Source: Frankiaceae bacterium (GTDB taxonomy: Bacteria; Actinomycetota; Actinomycetes; BP-191). From it: a stretch of 64,000 nucleotides of DNA. Numbering within the stretch: position 1 is the first letter of the stretch; every line of letters starts with the position of its first letter. Under the pieces are notes generated by a model. The model saw only the letters and a program-made list of their open reading frames with translations, was not told where the DNA came from and did not search any database. Shown here piece after piece: positions 47,654 to 55,978 of this stretch. A program made the position numbers and the translations under genes. The stretch spans positions 18,258 to 82,257 of the forward strand of contig DASZER010000016.1 in assembly GCA_035940575.1 (NCBI GenBank), in the 5' to 3' direction.

Positions 47654-48430
47654 GTGAACGCCCGTTCCGCGCTGTTCGACCTGTACGGCGACCACCTCCG
47701 CGAACGCGGTGGCGCCGCCCCCGTCGCGTCCCTCGTGAAGCTGCTCGCGCCGCTCGGCGTCGCCCCGCCCGCGGTGCGTACCGCGGTGTCCCGGATGGTG
47801 CGCCAGGGCTGGCTCACGCCGACCCGCGTCTCCGGCGTTCCCGGCTACGCCCTCACGCCGCGCGCCACGCGCCGCCTCGACGACGCCGCCGCCCGCATCT
47901 ACCGCACGTCGCACCAGCCGTGGGACGGCACGTGGCACCTGCTGGTGGTCACGCTGCCCGCGGGGCGCTCGGCGCGCGACCGCGTGCGGGCGGGGCTGTC
48001 GTTCCTCGGCTACGGCCCGCTGGACGACGCGGCGTGGGTCGCGCCGCGTCCCGCGGGCGAGGTCGACGCGCTGCTGGCGGGCGAGGGGGCGCGGGCCGAG
48101 CGGTTCACCGCCTCCCACGACGGCGACTCGGCGATGCTGATCAGCCGCGCGTGGGACCTCGACGGGCTCGCGCGGTCGTACCTGCGGTTCCTCGACGACG
48201 CGGTGACGTTCACCGACGGCGCGGACGCGAACGACCAGGCGGCGTTCGTGGCGCGGTCGAGGCTCGTGCACGAGTGGCGCAAGTTCCTGTTCTCCGACCC
48301 CGCGCTGCCGCCCGCGCTGCTGCCCGTGGACTGGCCGGGGACCAAGGCCGCCGCGTACTTCGACGCCGAGTCGTCCAGACTGCTCCCCGCAGCCTCGCGA
48401 TTCGTCGACGCCTGTCTGGAGATCGAGTGA
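47654..48430 (+). CDS. PaaX family transcriptional regulator
   Basis: 258 aa. The N-terminal winged helix (VASLVKLLAPLGVAPPAVRTAVSRMVRQGWL) and a PaaX-like C-domain. Confidence 0.8.
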   Translation: MNARSALFDLYGDHLRERGGAAPVASLVKLLAPLGVAPPAVRTAVSRMVRQGWLTPTRVSGVPGYALTPRATRRLDDAAARIYRTSHQPWDGTWHLLVVTLPAGRSARDRVRAGLSFLGYGPLDDAAWVAPRPAGEVDALLAGEGARAERFTASHDGDSAMLISRAWDLDGLARSYLRFLDDAVTFTDGADANDQAAFVARSRLVHEWRKFLFSDPALPPALLPVDWPGTKAAAYFDAESSRLLPAASRFVDACLEIE

Positions 48431-48750
48431 TCAAGTACGTCGCGCTGTACCGCACGCCCGAGGACCCGGAGCGGTTCGACAAGGACTACTTCGGGACGCA
48501 CGTGCCGATCGTCAACGACACCCCCGGCCTCGTCCGCACCGAGCTCGCCAAGGTGACGCGGATGATGGTCGGCGAGCCCGCCTACTACCTGCTCGCCGAG
48601 CTCTACTTCGACTCGGTGGAGTCGATGAAGGCGGCGTTCAGGACGGACCCGTGGCGGACCTCCGGCGAGAACCTCCAGTCCTGGGGCGGCATGGACCTCG
48701 TGACGATGTTCACGGCCGAGGTCGTCGACGACAGCGGGAACGCCGTATGA
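48427..48750 (+). CDS. EthD family protein
   Basis: 107 aa. The GTG overlaps the paaX stop as GTGA. The length and fold fit EthD-like proteins. Confidence 0.6.
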   Translation: MIKYVALYRTPEDPERFDKDYFGTHVPIVNDTPGLVRTELAKVTRMMVGEPAYYLLAELYFDSVESMKAAFRTDPWRTSGENLQSWGGMDLVTMFTAEVVDDSGNAV

Positions 48751-49535
48751 GCGACGCCGTCCTCTACACCGTGACCGGCGGCCTCGCCGAGGTCACGATC
48801 AACCGCCCCGACGCCATGAACGCCGCCGACGCCGCCGTGCGCGAGGGGCTGCGAGAGGCGTTCGCGTCGGCGGCCGACGACCCCGACGTGCGCGCGGTGC
48901 TCGTGAGCGGCGCGGGCGAGCGGGCGTTCTGCGTGGGCCAGGACCTCAAGGAGCTGCTGCCGCTCTACGAGGCCGACGACCCCGACCTCGGCGGCATCGT
49001 CGCCGGCTTCAACGACGTCGCGACCGCGCTGGTCGAGCTGCCGAAGCCGACGGTCGCCTGCGTCAACGGCGCGGCCGCGGGCGCGGGCGCGTCGCTCGCG
49101 TTCGCCTGCGACTTCCGAATCGCGGCCGACACGGCGTCGTTCGCGATGGCGTTCTCGAAGATCGGGCTCGTGCCCGACACCGCCGCGTCGTGGACGCTGC
49201 CCAGGCTCGTCGGCGGCGCGAAGGCGCTCGAGATGCTGATGCTGTCCGAGCCGGTCAGGGCCGAGGAGGCGTTGCGGATCGGGCTCGTCACGCGCGTCGT
49301 GCCGGCGGCGTCGGTGCGCGAGGAGGCGGCGGCGTTCGCGCGGTCGCTCGCCGACGGGCCGACGGTGGCGTACGGCTACATCAAGCGGCTCGTCGCGATG
49401 TCGTCGGGCGCGACGCTGGCCGAGTCGCTGGAGTGCGAGGCAGAGCTGCAGGCGGCGGCGGGGCGTACCGAGGACCACGTGAACGCGGTCAGGTCGTTCC
49501 TCGCGAAGGAGCGGCCGACGTTCCGCGGCTACTGA
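48747..49535 (+). CDS. Enoyl-CoA hydratase/isomerase (crotonase family)
   Basis: 262 aa. AFCVGQDLKEL, NGAAAGAGASLAFACDFRIA, and FSKIGLVPD. The ATG overlaps the ethD stop as ATGA. Confidence 0.85.
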   Translation: MSDAVLYTVTGGLAEVTINRPDAMNAADAAVREGLREAFASAADDPDVRAVLVSGAGERAFCVGQDLKELLPLYEADDPDLGGIVAGFNDVATALVELPKPTVACVNGAAAGAGASLAFACDFRIAADTASFAMAFSKIGLVPDTAASWTLPRLVGGAKALEMLMLSEPVRAEEALRIGLVTRVVPAASVREEAAAFARSLADGPTVAYGYIKRLVAMSSGATLAESLECEAELQAAAGRTEDHVNAVRSFLAKERPTFRGY

Positions 49536-49842
49536 CGTAGGCGGGGAACCGCCGCAGGCTCAGCCGCAGGAACCACGCCCAGAACGGCTTCGTGAGCGCG
49601 AAGCCGAGCTCGCCGAGCGTGCCGAGCGCCAGCCACTCGGTCCAGACGAGGCGGGCGCCGCCGGGCGCGGGCTCCACCTCGAACGCCGCCCAGCCGCGCA
49701 CGACGCGGCCCTCGTGGCGTACGACGCAGCGGTACGGCGGCTCCCAGGTCGTCACCGTCATCGGGTCGACGAAGCCGATCCCGCGCCAGCCGGTGAACGC
49801 CTCGATGGTGTCCGGGCCGGTCCGGCGCACGTCGGTCAGCAC
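49489..49842 (-). CDS. SRPBCC-fold (polyketide cyclase/START-like) small protein
   Basis: 117 aa. The overall pattern is SRPBCC-like. The start is uncertain, and it overlaps the hydratase 3' end by 47 nt in convergent orientation. Confidence 0.35.
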   Translation of the reverse strand: MLTDVRRTGPDTIEAFTGWRGIGFVDPMTVTTWEPPYRCVVRHEGRVVRGWAAFEVEPAPGGARLVWTEWLALGTLGELGFALTKPFWAWFLRLSLRRFPAYVSSRGTSAAPSRGTT

Positions 49843-49922
49843 GACCCACTCGCGCTGCCCCGCCCAGTCGGTCGCGGCCGCCCACGCCTCCTCGACGGAG
49901 GCGGGGACGTCGACGGTGAGGC

Positions 49923-50831
49923 TCAGCTCGGCCAGGGCGGCTGCTCCGTCGGCTGCTCAGTCGGCTGCGCGTCGTCGTCCTCGGCGGGTGCCGCGGGAGC
50001 GGCCGGAGCGGTGGGGGTCGCGACGGTGGCGTCGGGGGGCGCGGGGGCGTAGCCAGTCTGGTGCTCGGCGATCGCGTCGACGGGGTCGGCGTCGTCGTCG
50101 TGCTCGACCTCGACGAACGTCGGGCCCTCGGTGTAGCGGCTGCGCGGCGTCACGGCCCACGGGTCGTACGTGGGGATGTCGGGGACCTCGGGGCGGAACG
50201 GGTTCGCCGGGGGCGCGACGAACTCCGGCGTCACCGGGTCGGGCTCCGCGGGCTCTGCGGGCGCGGGCGGGATCGGGTCGACGGGCGTGCCCGAGGGGAC
50301 GTCGCCGGTCGCGTCGGAGGGGACGTACTCGTCCTCGTCGCTCTCGTCCTGCTCCACGGGCGCGACGGGCTCGGCGGGCCGCGCGAACACGCTGCGCTCC
50401 GGCGCCGGGTCGATCGGCGCGAACGCCTGCGCGACCTCCGCCACGTCCGCGTCCCCCGCGGACGCGTCGTCCTCGGCGTCGGCCGGCCCGTGCGCGGCGT
50501 CGAGCTCGGCGTGCAGGTGCGCGATCGTCGCGTCGCGCGACGCGATCTCGGCGGCGAGCCGGTCGAGCGCGTCGTCGACCTCGTCCATCCGGTAGCCGCG
50601 CACCGCGAGCGCGAACCGCAGCCCGAGCACGTCCTCGACCGTCATCGCGCGGTCGCGCGGGATGCCGACGGACGCGAGGTCCTGCGGCTCGTGCGACAAC
50701 CCCTCGGCCTTGCCCGTCACGGCGGCCGCGACCCCGAACACGACCGCCAGCACGGCGAGCACCAAGAAGAGCTGGATCACGCGTGCGTTCCCTTCGGCCG
50801 GCGGCGCGTACGGTCGCGTGCATGGTCCCAC
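49923..50831 (-). CDS. DivIVA-domain membrane protein with an acidic Pro-rich C-terminal tail
   Basis: A TM helix followed by a DivIVA-like coiled coil (MTVEDVLGLRFALAVRGYRMDEVDDALDRLAAEIASRD), then ~200 aa of low-complexity acidic tail. An alternative GTG start at 50780 would avoid overlap with folP. Confidence 0.5.
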   Translation of the reverse strand: MGPCTRPYAPPAEGNARVIQLFLVLAVLAVVFGVAAAVTGKAEGLSHEPQDLASVGIPRDRAMTVEDVLGLRFALAVRGYRMDEVDDALDRLAAEIASRDATIAHLHAELDAAHGPADAEDDASAGDADVAEVAQAFAPIDPAPERSVFARPAEPVAPVEQDESDEDEYVPSDATGDVPSGTPVDPIPPAPAEPAEPDPVTPEFVAPPANPFRPEVPDIPTYDPWAVTPRSRYTEGPTFVEVEHDDDADPVDAIAEHQTGYAPAPPDATVATPTAPAAPAAPAEDDDAQPTEQPTEQPPWPS

Positions 50832-51703
50832 GGGAGCAGCGGCCGTTACGTCTCGGCACGCGGACGTTCGCGCCGCACGAGCCGATCGTCATGGCGATCG
50901 TCAACCGCACGCCGGACTCGTTCTTCGACAAGGGTGCGACGTACGCGCTCGGCGCAGCCCTCGACAGGGCCGACCGTGTCGTGGCCGAGGGCGCGGCCGT
51001 GATCGACGTCGGCGGCGTCAAGGCGGGGCCGGGCGAGGTCGTGGACCCGGCCGAGGAGATCCGCCGCACCGCCGACCTCGTCGCCGCGATCAGGGCGCGG
51101 CACGCGGACGTCGTCATCAGCGTGGACACCTGGCGCGCGGAGGTCGGCGAGGCCGTCTGCGCGGAGGGCGCCGACCTGCTCAACGACGTCTGGCAAGGCT
51201 TCGACCCCGGCCTCGCCGAGGTCGCCGCGAAGCACGGCGTCGGCCTCGTCTGCACCCACGCGGGCGGCGCGGAGCCTCGCACGCGGCCGCACCGGGTGGC
51301 GTACGCCGACGTCATGGCCGACGTCGTCGCGGTCACGACGGGGCTCGCGGAGACCGCCGTCGCCCACGGCGTGCGCGAGGACGGCATCGTCGTGGACCCC
51401 GGGCACGACTTCGGCAAGCACAGCCGCCACTCGCTCGAGGTGACGCGCCGGCTGCCCGAGCTCGTCGCGACCGGCTGGCCCGTCCTCGTCGCGCTGTCGA
51501 ACAAGGACTTCGTCGGCGAGACCCTCGACCTCCCCGTCGGCGAGCGGCTCGAAGGCACGCTCGCGGCGACGGCGGTCAGCGCGTGGCTCGGCGCGCGGAT
51601 GTTCAGGGCGCACCAGGTCGCGGAGACCGTACGCGTGCTGCGGATGGTGTCGGCGATCAAGGGCGACACCGACGTCGCGGTGGCCCGGCGCGGCCTCGCA
51701 TAG
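50822..51703 (+). CDS. folP: Dihydropteroate synthase family protein (FolP, possibly the FolP2-type paralog)
   Basis: 293 aa. IVMAIVNRTPDSFFDKG, VIDVGGVKAGPG, and DPGHDFGKH. No folB or folK lies adjacent. Confidence 0.8.
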   Translation: MVPREQRPLRLGTRTFAPHEPIVMAIVNRTPDSFFDKGATYALGAALDRADRVVAEGAAVIDVGGVKAGPGEVVDPAEEIRRTADLVAAIRARHADVVISVDTWRAEVGEAVCAEGADLLNDVWQGFDPGLAEVAAKHGVGLVCTHAGGAEPRTRPHRVAYADVMADVVAVTTGLAETAVAHGVREDGIVVDPGHDFGKHSRHSLEVTRRLPELVATGWPVLVALSNKDFVGETLDLPVGERLEGTLAATAVSAWLGARMFRAHQVAETVRVLRMVSAIKGDTDVAVARRGLA

Positions 51704-51712
51704 ATTGGGGCC

Positions 51713-52021
51713 GTGGGCGACGTCGTCACCGTGACCGACCGCGCGGCCGAGCGGGCGCGCGAGCTGCTCGCGCGGCACGGCGGCGCGGCGTTGCGGGTGG
51801 TCGTGCAGTCGTCGGGGTGCGACGGGTTCGCGGCGCTGCTCGACGTCGCGTCCGAGCCCGAGCCCGACGAGATCGCGTTCGAGGACAACGGCGTCCGCTT
51901 CTACGTCGACGTGCCCACGATGCTGCGGCTGCCCGGCGCGACGCTCGACCACGTCGTGACGCCGTACGGGGCGGAGTTCACCTGGACGCACGCCGCGACC
52001 TGCGAAGGGGAGAACCACTAG
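51713..52021 (+). CDS. HesB/IscA-like protein lacking the C-terminal CGCG cysteines
   Basis: 102 aa. VQSSGCDGFAALLDV and FEDNGVRFYVD align with IscA/HesB. The C-terminus THAATCEGENH has one Cys instead of the usual two. Confidence 0.55.
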   Translation: MGDVVTVTDRAAERARELLARHGGAALRVVVQSSGCDGFAALLDVASEPEPDEIAFEDNGVRFYVDVPTMLRLPGATLDHVVTPYGAEFTWTHAATCEGENH

Positions 52022-52353
52022 TGGCGATGCCGGAGCGGTACCTGTTCGTCTGCATCAACGAGCGCGCCGAGGGCCACCCGCGCGGGTCGTGCATGCAGCG
52101 CGGCGCCGCCGACGTGTTCAACGAGCTGCGCGAGGCGCAGGGCCGCCACGACCTCACGAACATCAAGGTCGTCTACGGCGGCTGCATGGAGGCGTGCACG
52201 GCGGGGCCCGTCGTCGCGGTGATGCCCGACAACGTCTGGTACGGCGGGGTCACGGTCGAGGACTGCGACGCGATCGTCGTCGAGCACTGCGTGAACGACC
52301 GCGTCGTCGAGATGCTCCGCCTGACCCCCGACGACTTCATCGCGCCCGACTGA
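52021..52353 (+). CDS. Thioredoxin-like [2Fe-2S] ferredoxin family protein
   Basis: About 110 aa. RYLFVCINERAEGHPRGSCMQRG and YGGCMEACTAGPVVAVMPDNVWYGGV fit Trx-like Fd. Start is GTG at 52021 or ATG at 52027. Confidence 0.6.
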   Translation: MAMPERYLFVCINERAEGHPRGSCMQRGAADVFNELREAQGRHDLTNIKVVYGGCMEACTAGPVVAVMPDNVWYGGVTVEDCDAIVVEHCVNDRVVEMLRLTPDDFIAPD

Positions 52354-52435
52354 CGAGGCGCGCCTCGCGCCTCGTCAGGAGCCCGACCCGCGCAGCGCCC
52401 GACTGACGAGGCGCGCCTCGCGCCTCGTCAGGAGC
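52344..52435. repeat. Tandem duplication of a 39-bp unit (52344-52382 and 52397-52435), each containing a perfect 13-bp GC hairpin
   Basis: GCCCGACTGACGAGGCGCGCCTCGCGCCTCGTCAGGAGC occurs twice, 53 bp apart. The ferredoxin stop codon lies inside the first stem. Confidence 0.6.
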
Positions 52436-52577
52436 AACGACGCGCGCGGCGCGCCCCCGAAGGTGACCACCCGGCGCGTGGTCAGGACGGGCCGTTTCCC
52501 GGCGAAATCGTGACGTAGACCCCCGGCCGACCGCATGATGTGCGCGGCACCCGTCCATCACTCCGGGGAGTTCCCGC

Positions 52578-55514
52578 ATGCGCCTGTTCACCCGGCGGTC
52601 CGCCGCCGTCACCGCCGCGATCCTCCTCGCGGTGGGCGTCGCCGTACCGCCCGCGACCGCGGGAGCGGGTCCGGCCGTCATCGACGACCACGACTCGCAC
52701 ATCGCGCCGCGCGCGTTCGACGTGTTCTCGTCGACCGGCGGCACCGTCTACGCCACCGACAACGGCGGGTTCGGGCGCGTCTACCTGGCCCCCGGCACGA
52801 TGACGACGGCCACGTCGACCGTCGACCTCGGCCCGCGCCCGCGGACGTTCACCCCGACGACGATCAGCGGCAGCCGCATCGCGATGCCGGTGGCCGGCGC
52901 GCAGTTCGACACGCCGATCACGCAGGTGCGCTCGTGCCTGATCGGCACGTGCCCGACGCTGTCGACGCTGACGATCCCGGCCGGCTGGGTGTACGCCGGC
53001 AACGCCGAGGACCGCGCGGTGATCTACCACAAGGCCACGAACAACCTCGGCCTCATCGGCTGGACCGGCGGCTCGGTCACCAACCAGTGGCTCATGCCGG
53101 CCGACTACTCCGACGACGACGAGCCGCCCACGGCGCGCGGCGACGCGACCGGCATCGCCGTCTCCGGCGGCGGTGACGTGACGTACGTCAACCGCGCGGC
53201 CGCGAGCGGAGCGGGCACCGTCCACTACCTCGGCGACGGGACGGGCGCCGTCCTCACGCCGACGTACGTCGTCTGGTACATCGTCGGCGTCGTCGAGCCC
53301 GACTTCGACCAGACGCACGTCTACCGCGTGCTGCGCTCGACCACCGAGCCGAACCCGACGCCGGCGCTCGTCCGCGCGCTGACCGACGCTCCGATCGAGG
53401 ACCTCGTCGCCAACGACTTCGGCGTCGCGTACACGATCCCGAGCGACGCCGGGGACGGCACGTCGGCGCTGTGGACCATGGCGTACGACGGCACGCCCGT
53501 GCAGTACGCCCGCCCGCTGACGACGAACGCGCTGGCGCCGTTCCTCGCGACCAACCAGATCCTCATCAACGACCGCCTCGCCGGCATGCCCGGCTTCTAC
53601 AAGGTGACGCCGGGCTCGTACAGCGGCTCCTTGACGGGCCTCGTGCCGGTCCGCGGCGCGAACACGTTCTCGGTCGGCGTCTCCCACGGCCGCGCCGTCT
53701 ACGCCGACGACATGACGGCCGACCTCCCGCTGTTCACGCGCACCGTGACCGACGGCCTCCCGGGTCCGGAGTCGCTCGTCACCGGCGCGACCGCCGGCCA
53801 GGTCGCGATCTCCGGCCCGTACGTCGCGTACTTCCGGTACAACGCGGACCCGTCGAAGATGGACGTCGTCTACGGCCGCCTCGACGGCGCCATGAAGACG
53901 ACGACGGTGCCGATGAGCGAGAGCGGCAAGGTCGCGCTCTCCGGCCGCCGGGTGCTCGTCACCGGCGGCGCGCGCACGCGCGTCATCGACGCCGAGACGC
54001 AGGCGGTGACCGACCTCGGCCACACGTACGCGGCGATCTTCGGCGAGTACGTCGCGATGATCAGCTACGACACCGCGGCCGTCACGCGTCGCAACCTCGA
54101 CAACGGCACGGTCCAGACCGTCCGCGCGGCCGTCCCCGGTTGCGTGTCGCCCTGCGTCGACGACGACAACTGGGCGCTCGCGGCGTGGGGCCACGAGGTC
54201 GTGTACGCGTTCGGTCACCAGGGCACCGTCCCCGACCACGTCGCCGGCCTCTGGAACGGCAACACCAACGCGACGACCGCGATGCCGATGCTCAGCGACG
54301 CCGAGGGCGCGCTGTACACCGAGGTCGCGTACTGGTCGGGCCTGCTGCTCGTGGCCCGCAACAACGCGAGCGTCCGCCTCTACGACATGCGCAACGCCGC
54401 CACCGAGAGCATCGTCGACACGTTCGCCGAGGAGCCGTTCGCGCTCGACGGCAACGTCGTCGCGTGGCGGCCGCTGTCGGACCTCAAGGCCGTCGTCCGC
54501 GACGTCCGCGACTTCGTGCCCGGCCACACGCCGGCGCTGCGCTACCTCGGCGGCGGCGTGCCCACGGCGTTCGGCACCGACGCGGCGCCGGAGTGGGACG
54601 CGAGGCTCCTGCTCTCGCAGAACATGACCGGCGGCACGCTCACGATCCACTCCGGCAGCACGTCCGGGCCGGTCGTGAAGTCGATCCCGGTCAGCACGCT
54701 CAACGGCGAGATCAGCACGACCTGGGACGGCACGGACGGCGAGGACGCCGACGTGGCGCAGGGCACGTACTACTGGACGCTGGAGAGCGGCGGCGCCGCG
54801 CCCGCGCCGGTGCTGCGCGCCAACGGCTCGTCGCCCGTCAGCGGCTCGATCTTCGTCAGCCGCACGGCGCTCGCCGCGCCGTCGCTCACCGCGCCGGCGC
54901 TGTCGACGGACGTCACGCCGTCGACGACGTTCCCGGTGTCGTGGACGCCTCCGGCGGGCGCGCCGGCGGGCACGCGGTACCGCCTCGAGCGGTCCATCAA
55001 CGGCGGCGCGTTCGGCCTCGCGACGACGACCGGCGCCCTGTCGGTCGCGTACGGCGGCTCGCCCGGCACGACGTACCGCTTCCGCGTCGCGGCGGTCGAC
55101 CCGGCCGGTCGCATCGGCGCGTTCAGCTCGGTGCGGACGACCGTGGTGCCGTACCAGGACAACGCGACCGGCACCGTCTACACCGGCTCGTGGGCGACCG
55201 GCTCCGGCGGGTCGTTCTACGGCGGCTCGCACCGCTACAGCGGCACGGCGGGCTCGACGTACACGTTCAAGGCGACGGGCACCACGATCTGGCTGGTCGG
55301 CACGAAGTCGACGAACTACGGCCAGTTCCAGGTCTCGATCGACGGCGGCGCGTACTCCGGCCTCATCGACTCGTACGCCTCGTCGGTGCAGTACCGCAAG
55401 GTGCTGTACGGCGTGGGCCGCCTGTCGAACACCGCGCACACGATCCGCGTCCGCGTCTACGGCACCAGCCGCAGGCCGTACGTCGGCATCGACGGCGTGG
55501 GCTTCCTCCGCTAG
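52578..55514 (+). CDS. Large secreted protein (978 aa) with a fibronectin type III domain and a C-terminal beta-rich domain
   Basis: Signal peptide MRLFTRRSAAVTAAILLAVGVAVPPATA. The composition is Thr/Ser/Gly/Tyr-rich and not Arg-rich. An FN3-like segment spans aa 760-840. The 1144-aa antisense ORF is Arg/Asp/Gly-rich and has no recognisable domain. Confidence 0.6.
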   Translation: MRLFTRRSAAVTAAILLAVGVAVPPATAGAGPAVIDDHDSHIAPRAFDVFSSTGGTVYATDNGGFGRVYLAPGTMTTATSTVDLGPRPRTFTPTTISGSRIAMPVAGAQFDTPITQVRSCLIGTCPTLSTLTIPAGWVYAGNAEDRAVIYHKATNNLGLIGWTGGSVTNQWLMPADYSDDDEPPTARGDATGIAVSGGGDVTYVNRAAASGAGTVHYLGDGTGAVLTPTYVVWYIVGVVEPDFDQTHVYRVLRSTTEPNPTPALVRALTDAPIEDLVANDFGVAYTIPSDAGDGTSALWTMAYDGTPVQYARPLTTNALAPFLATNQILINDRLAGMPGFYKVTPGSYSGSLTGLVPVRGANTFSVGVSHGRAVYADDMTADLPLFTRTVTDGLPGPESLVTGATAGQVAISGPYVAYFRYNADPSKMDVVYGRLDGAMKTTTVPMSESGKVALSGRRVLVTGGARTRVIDAETQAVTDLGHTYAAIFGEYVAMISYDTAAVTRRNLDNGTVQTVRAAVPGCVSPCVDDDNWALAAWGHEVVYAFGHQGTVPDHVAGLWNGNTNATTAMPMLSDAEGALYTEVAYWSGLLLVARNNASVRLYDMRNAATESIVDTFAEEPFALDGNVVAWRPLSDLKAVVRDVRDFVPGHTPALRYLGGGVPTAFGTDAAPEWDARLLLSQNMTGGTLTIHSGSTSGPVVKSIPVSTLNGEISTTWDGTDGEDADVAQGTYYWTLESGGAAPAPVLRANGSSPVSGSIFVSRTALAAPSLTAPALSTDVTPSTTFPVSWTPPAGAPAGTRYRLERSINGGAFGLATTTGALSVAYGGSPGTTYRFRVAAVDPAGRIGAFSSVRTTVVPYQDNATGTVYTGSWATGSGGSFYGGSHRYSGTAGSTYTFKATGTTIWLVGTKSTNYGQFQVSIDGGAYSGLIDSYASSVQYRKVLYGVGRLSNTAHTIRVRVYGTSRRPYVGIDGVGFLR

Positions 55515-55951
55515 GAGAGAAGCAGGCCCGTGATCACCAGGGCGGCCAGCAACGCGAGGCCGACCCAGAGCATGCGGCGCACGCGGCCGCCGACGTCGGG
55601 AGGCACGTACTCCCGGCGGCGGCGGCCGCAGTCGCACACGCCCGGCTCGAACGCCTGGTGCCCCTGCTCGCACACCCACCGCGGGCGTGCCGCGACGTCG
55701 TAGCCGCACTTCTCGCACGTCGTCGGCCGCGCGGTCTGCTGCGTGCCGCAGCGCGGGCAACGGCGGTACGTCGCCACCTCGTGCCCGACGAACCACGCCG
55801 TCCCGCCGAACAGCCCCGCGAACATCGCGAACGACACCGTCGTCGCGCCGAGGTCGTGGTGGAGGAGCTGGGCGACGCCGTACGTCAGCACGGCCGTGAC
55901 GGCGACGGCGATCCACGCCCAGCGGCGCGCCAGCGCGCGCTCGTAGTCCAC
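55511..55951 (-). CDS. Membrane protein with zinc-ribbon motifs
   Basis: GTG start at 55951. It has two TM helices flanking CPRCG...CEKCG and HQAFEPGVCDCG. The start is tentative. Confidence 0.4.
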   Translation of the reverse strand: MDYERALARRWAWIAVAVTAVLTYGVAQLLHHDLGATTVSFAMFAGLFGGTAWFVGHEVATYRRCPRCGTQQTARPTTCEKCGYDVAARPRWVCEQGHQAFEPGVCDCGRRRREYVPPDVGGRVRRMLWVGLALLAALVITGLLLS

Positions 55952-55978
55952 GGGACCACTGTAGGTATCGTCCGCAAG

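Noticed and set aside
49529-49885. 118-aa minus-strand ORF overlapping the SRPBCC-like ORF in another frame
   Set aside because: Arg/Gly-rich shadow frame. The alternate frame has an SRPBCC-like pattern.
52344-52435. Possible CRISPR array
   Set aside because: Only two repeat copies with a 14-bp spacer and no cas genes. It is better explained as a duplicated hairpin or terminator.
52482-55916. 1144-aa minus-strand ORF
   Set aside because: Extremely Arg/Asp/Gly/Ala-rich with no domain. It is the antisense shadow of the 978-aa secreted protein gene and of the membrane protein gene. The same reasoning applies to other long antisense or out-of-frame ORFs in the track, for example 12642-14609, 13034-16012, 40276-42654, 45165-47657, 56132-57874 and 57829-59871.
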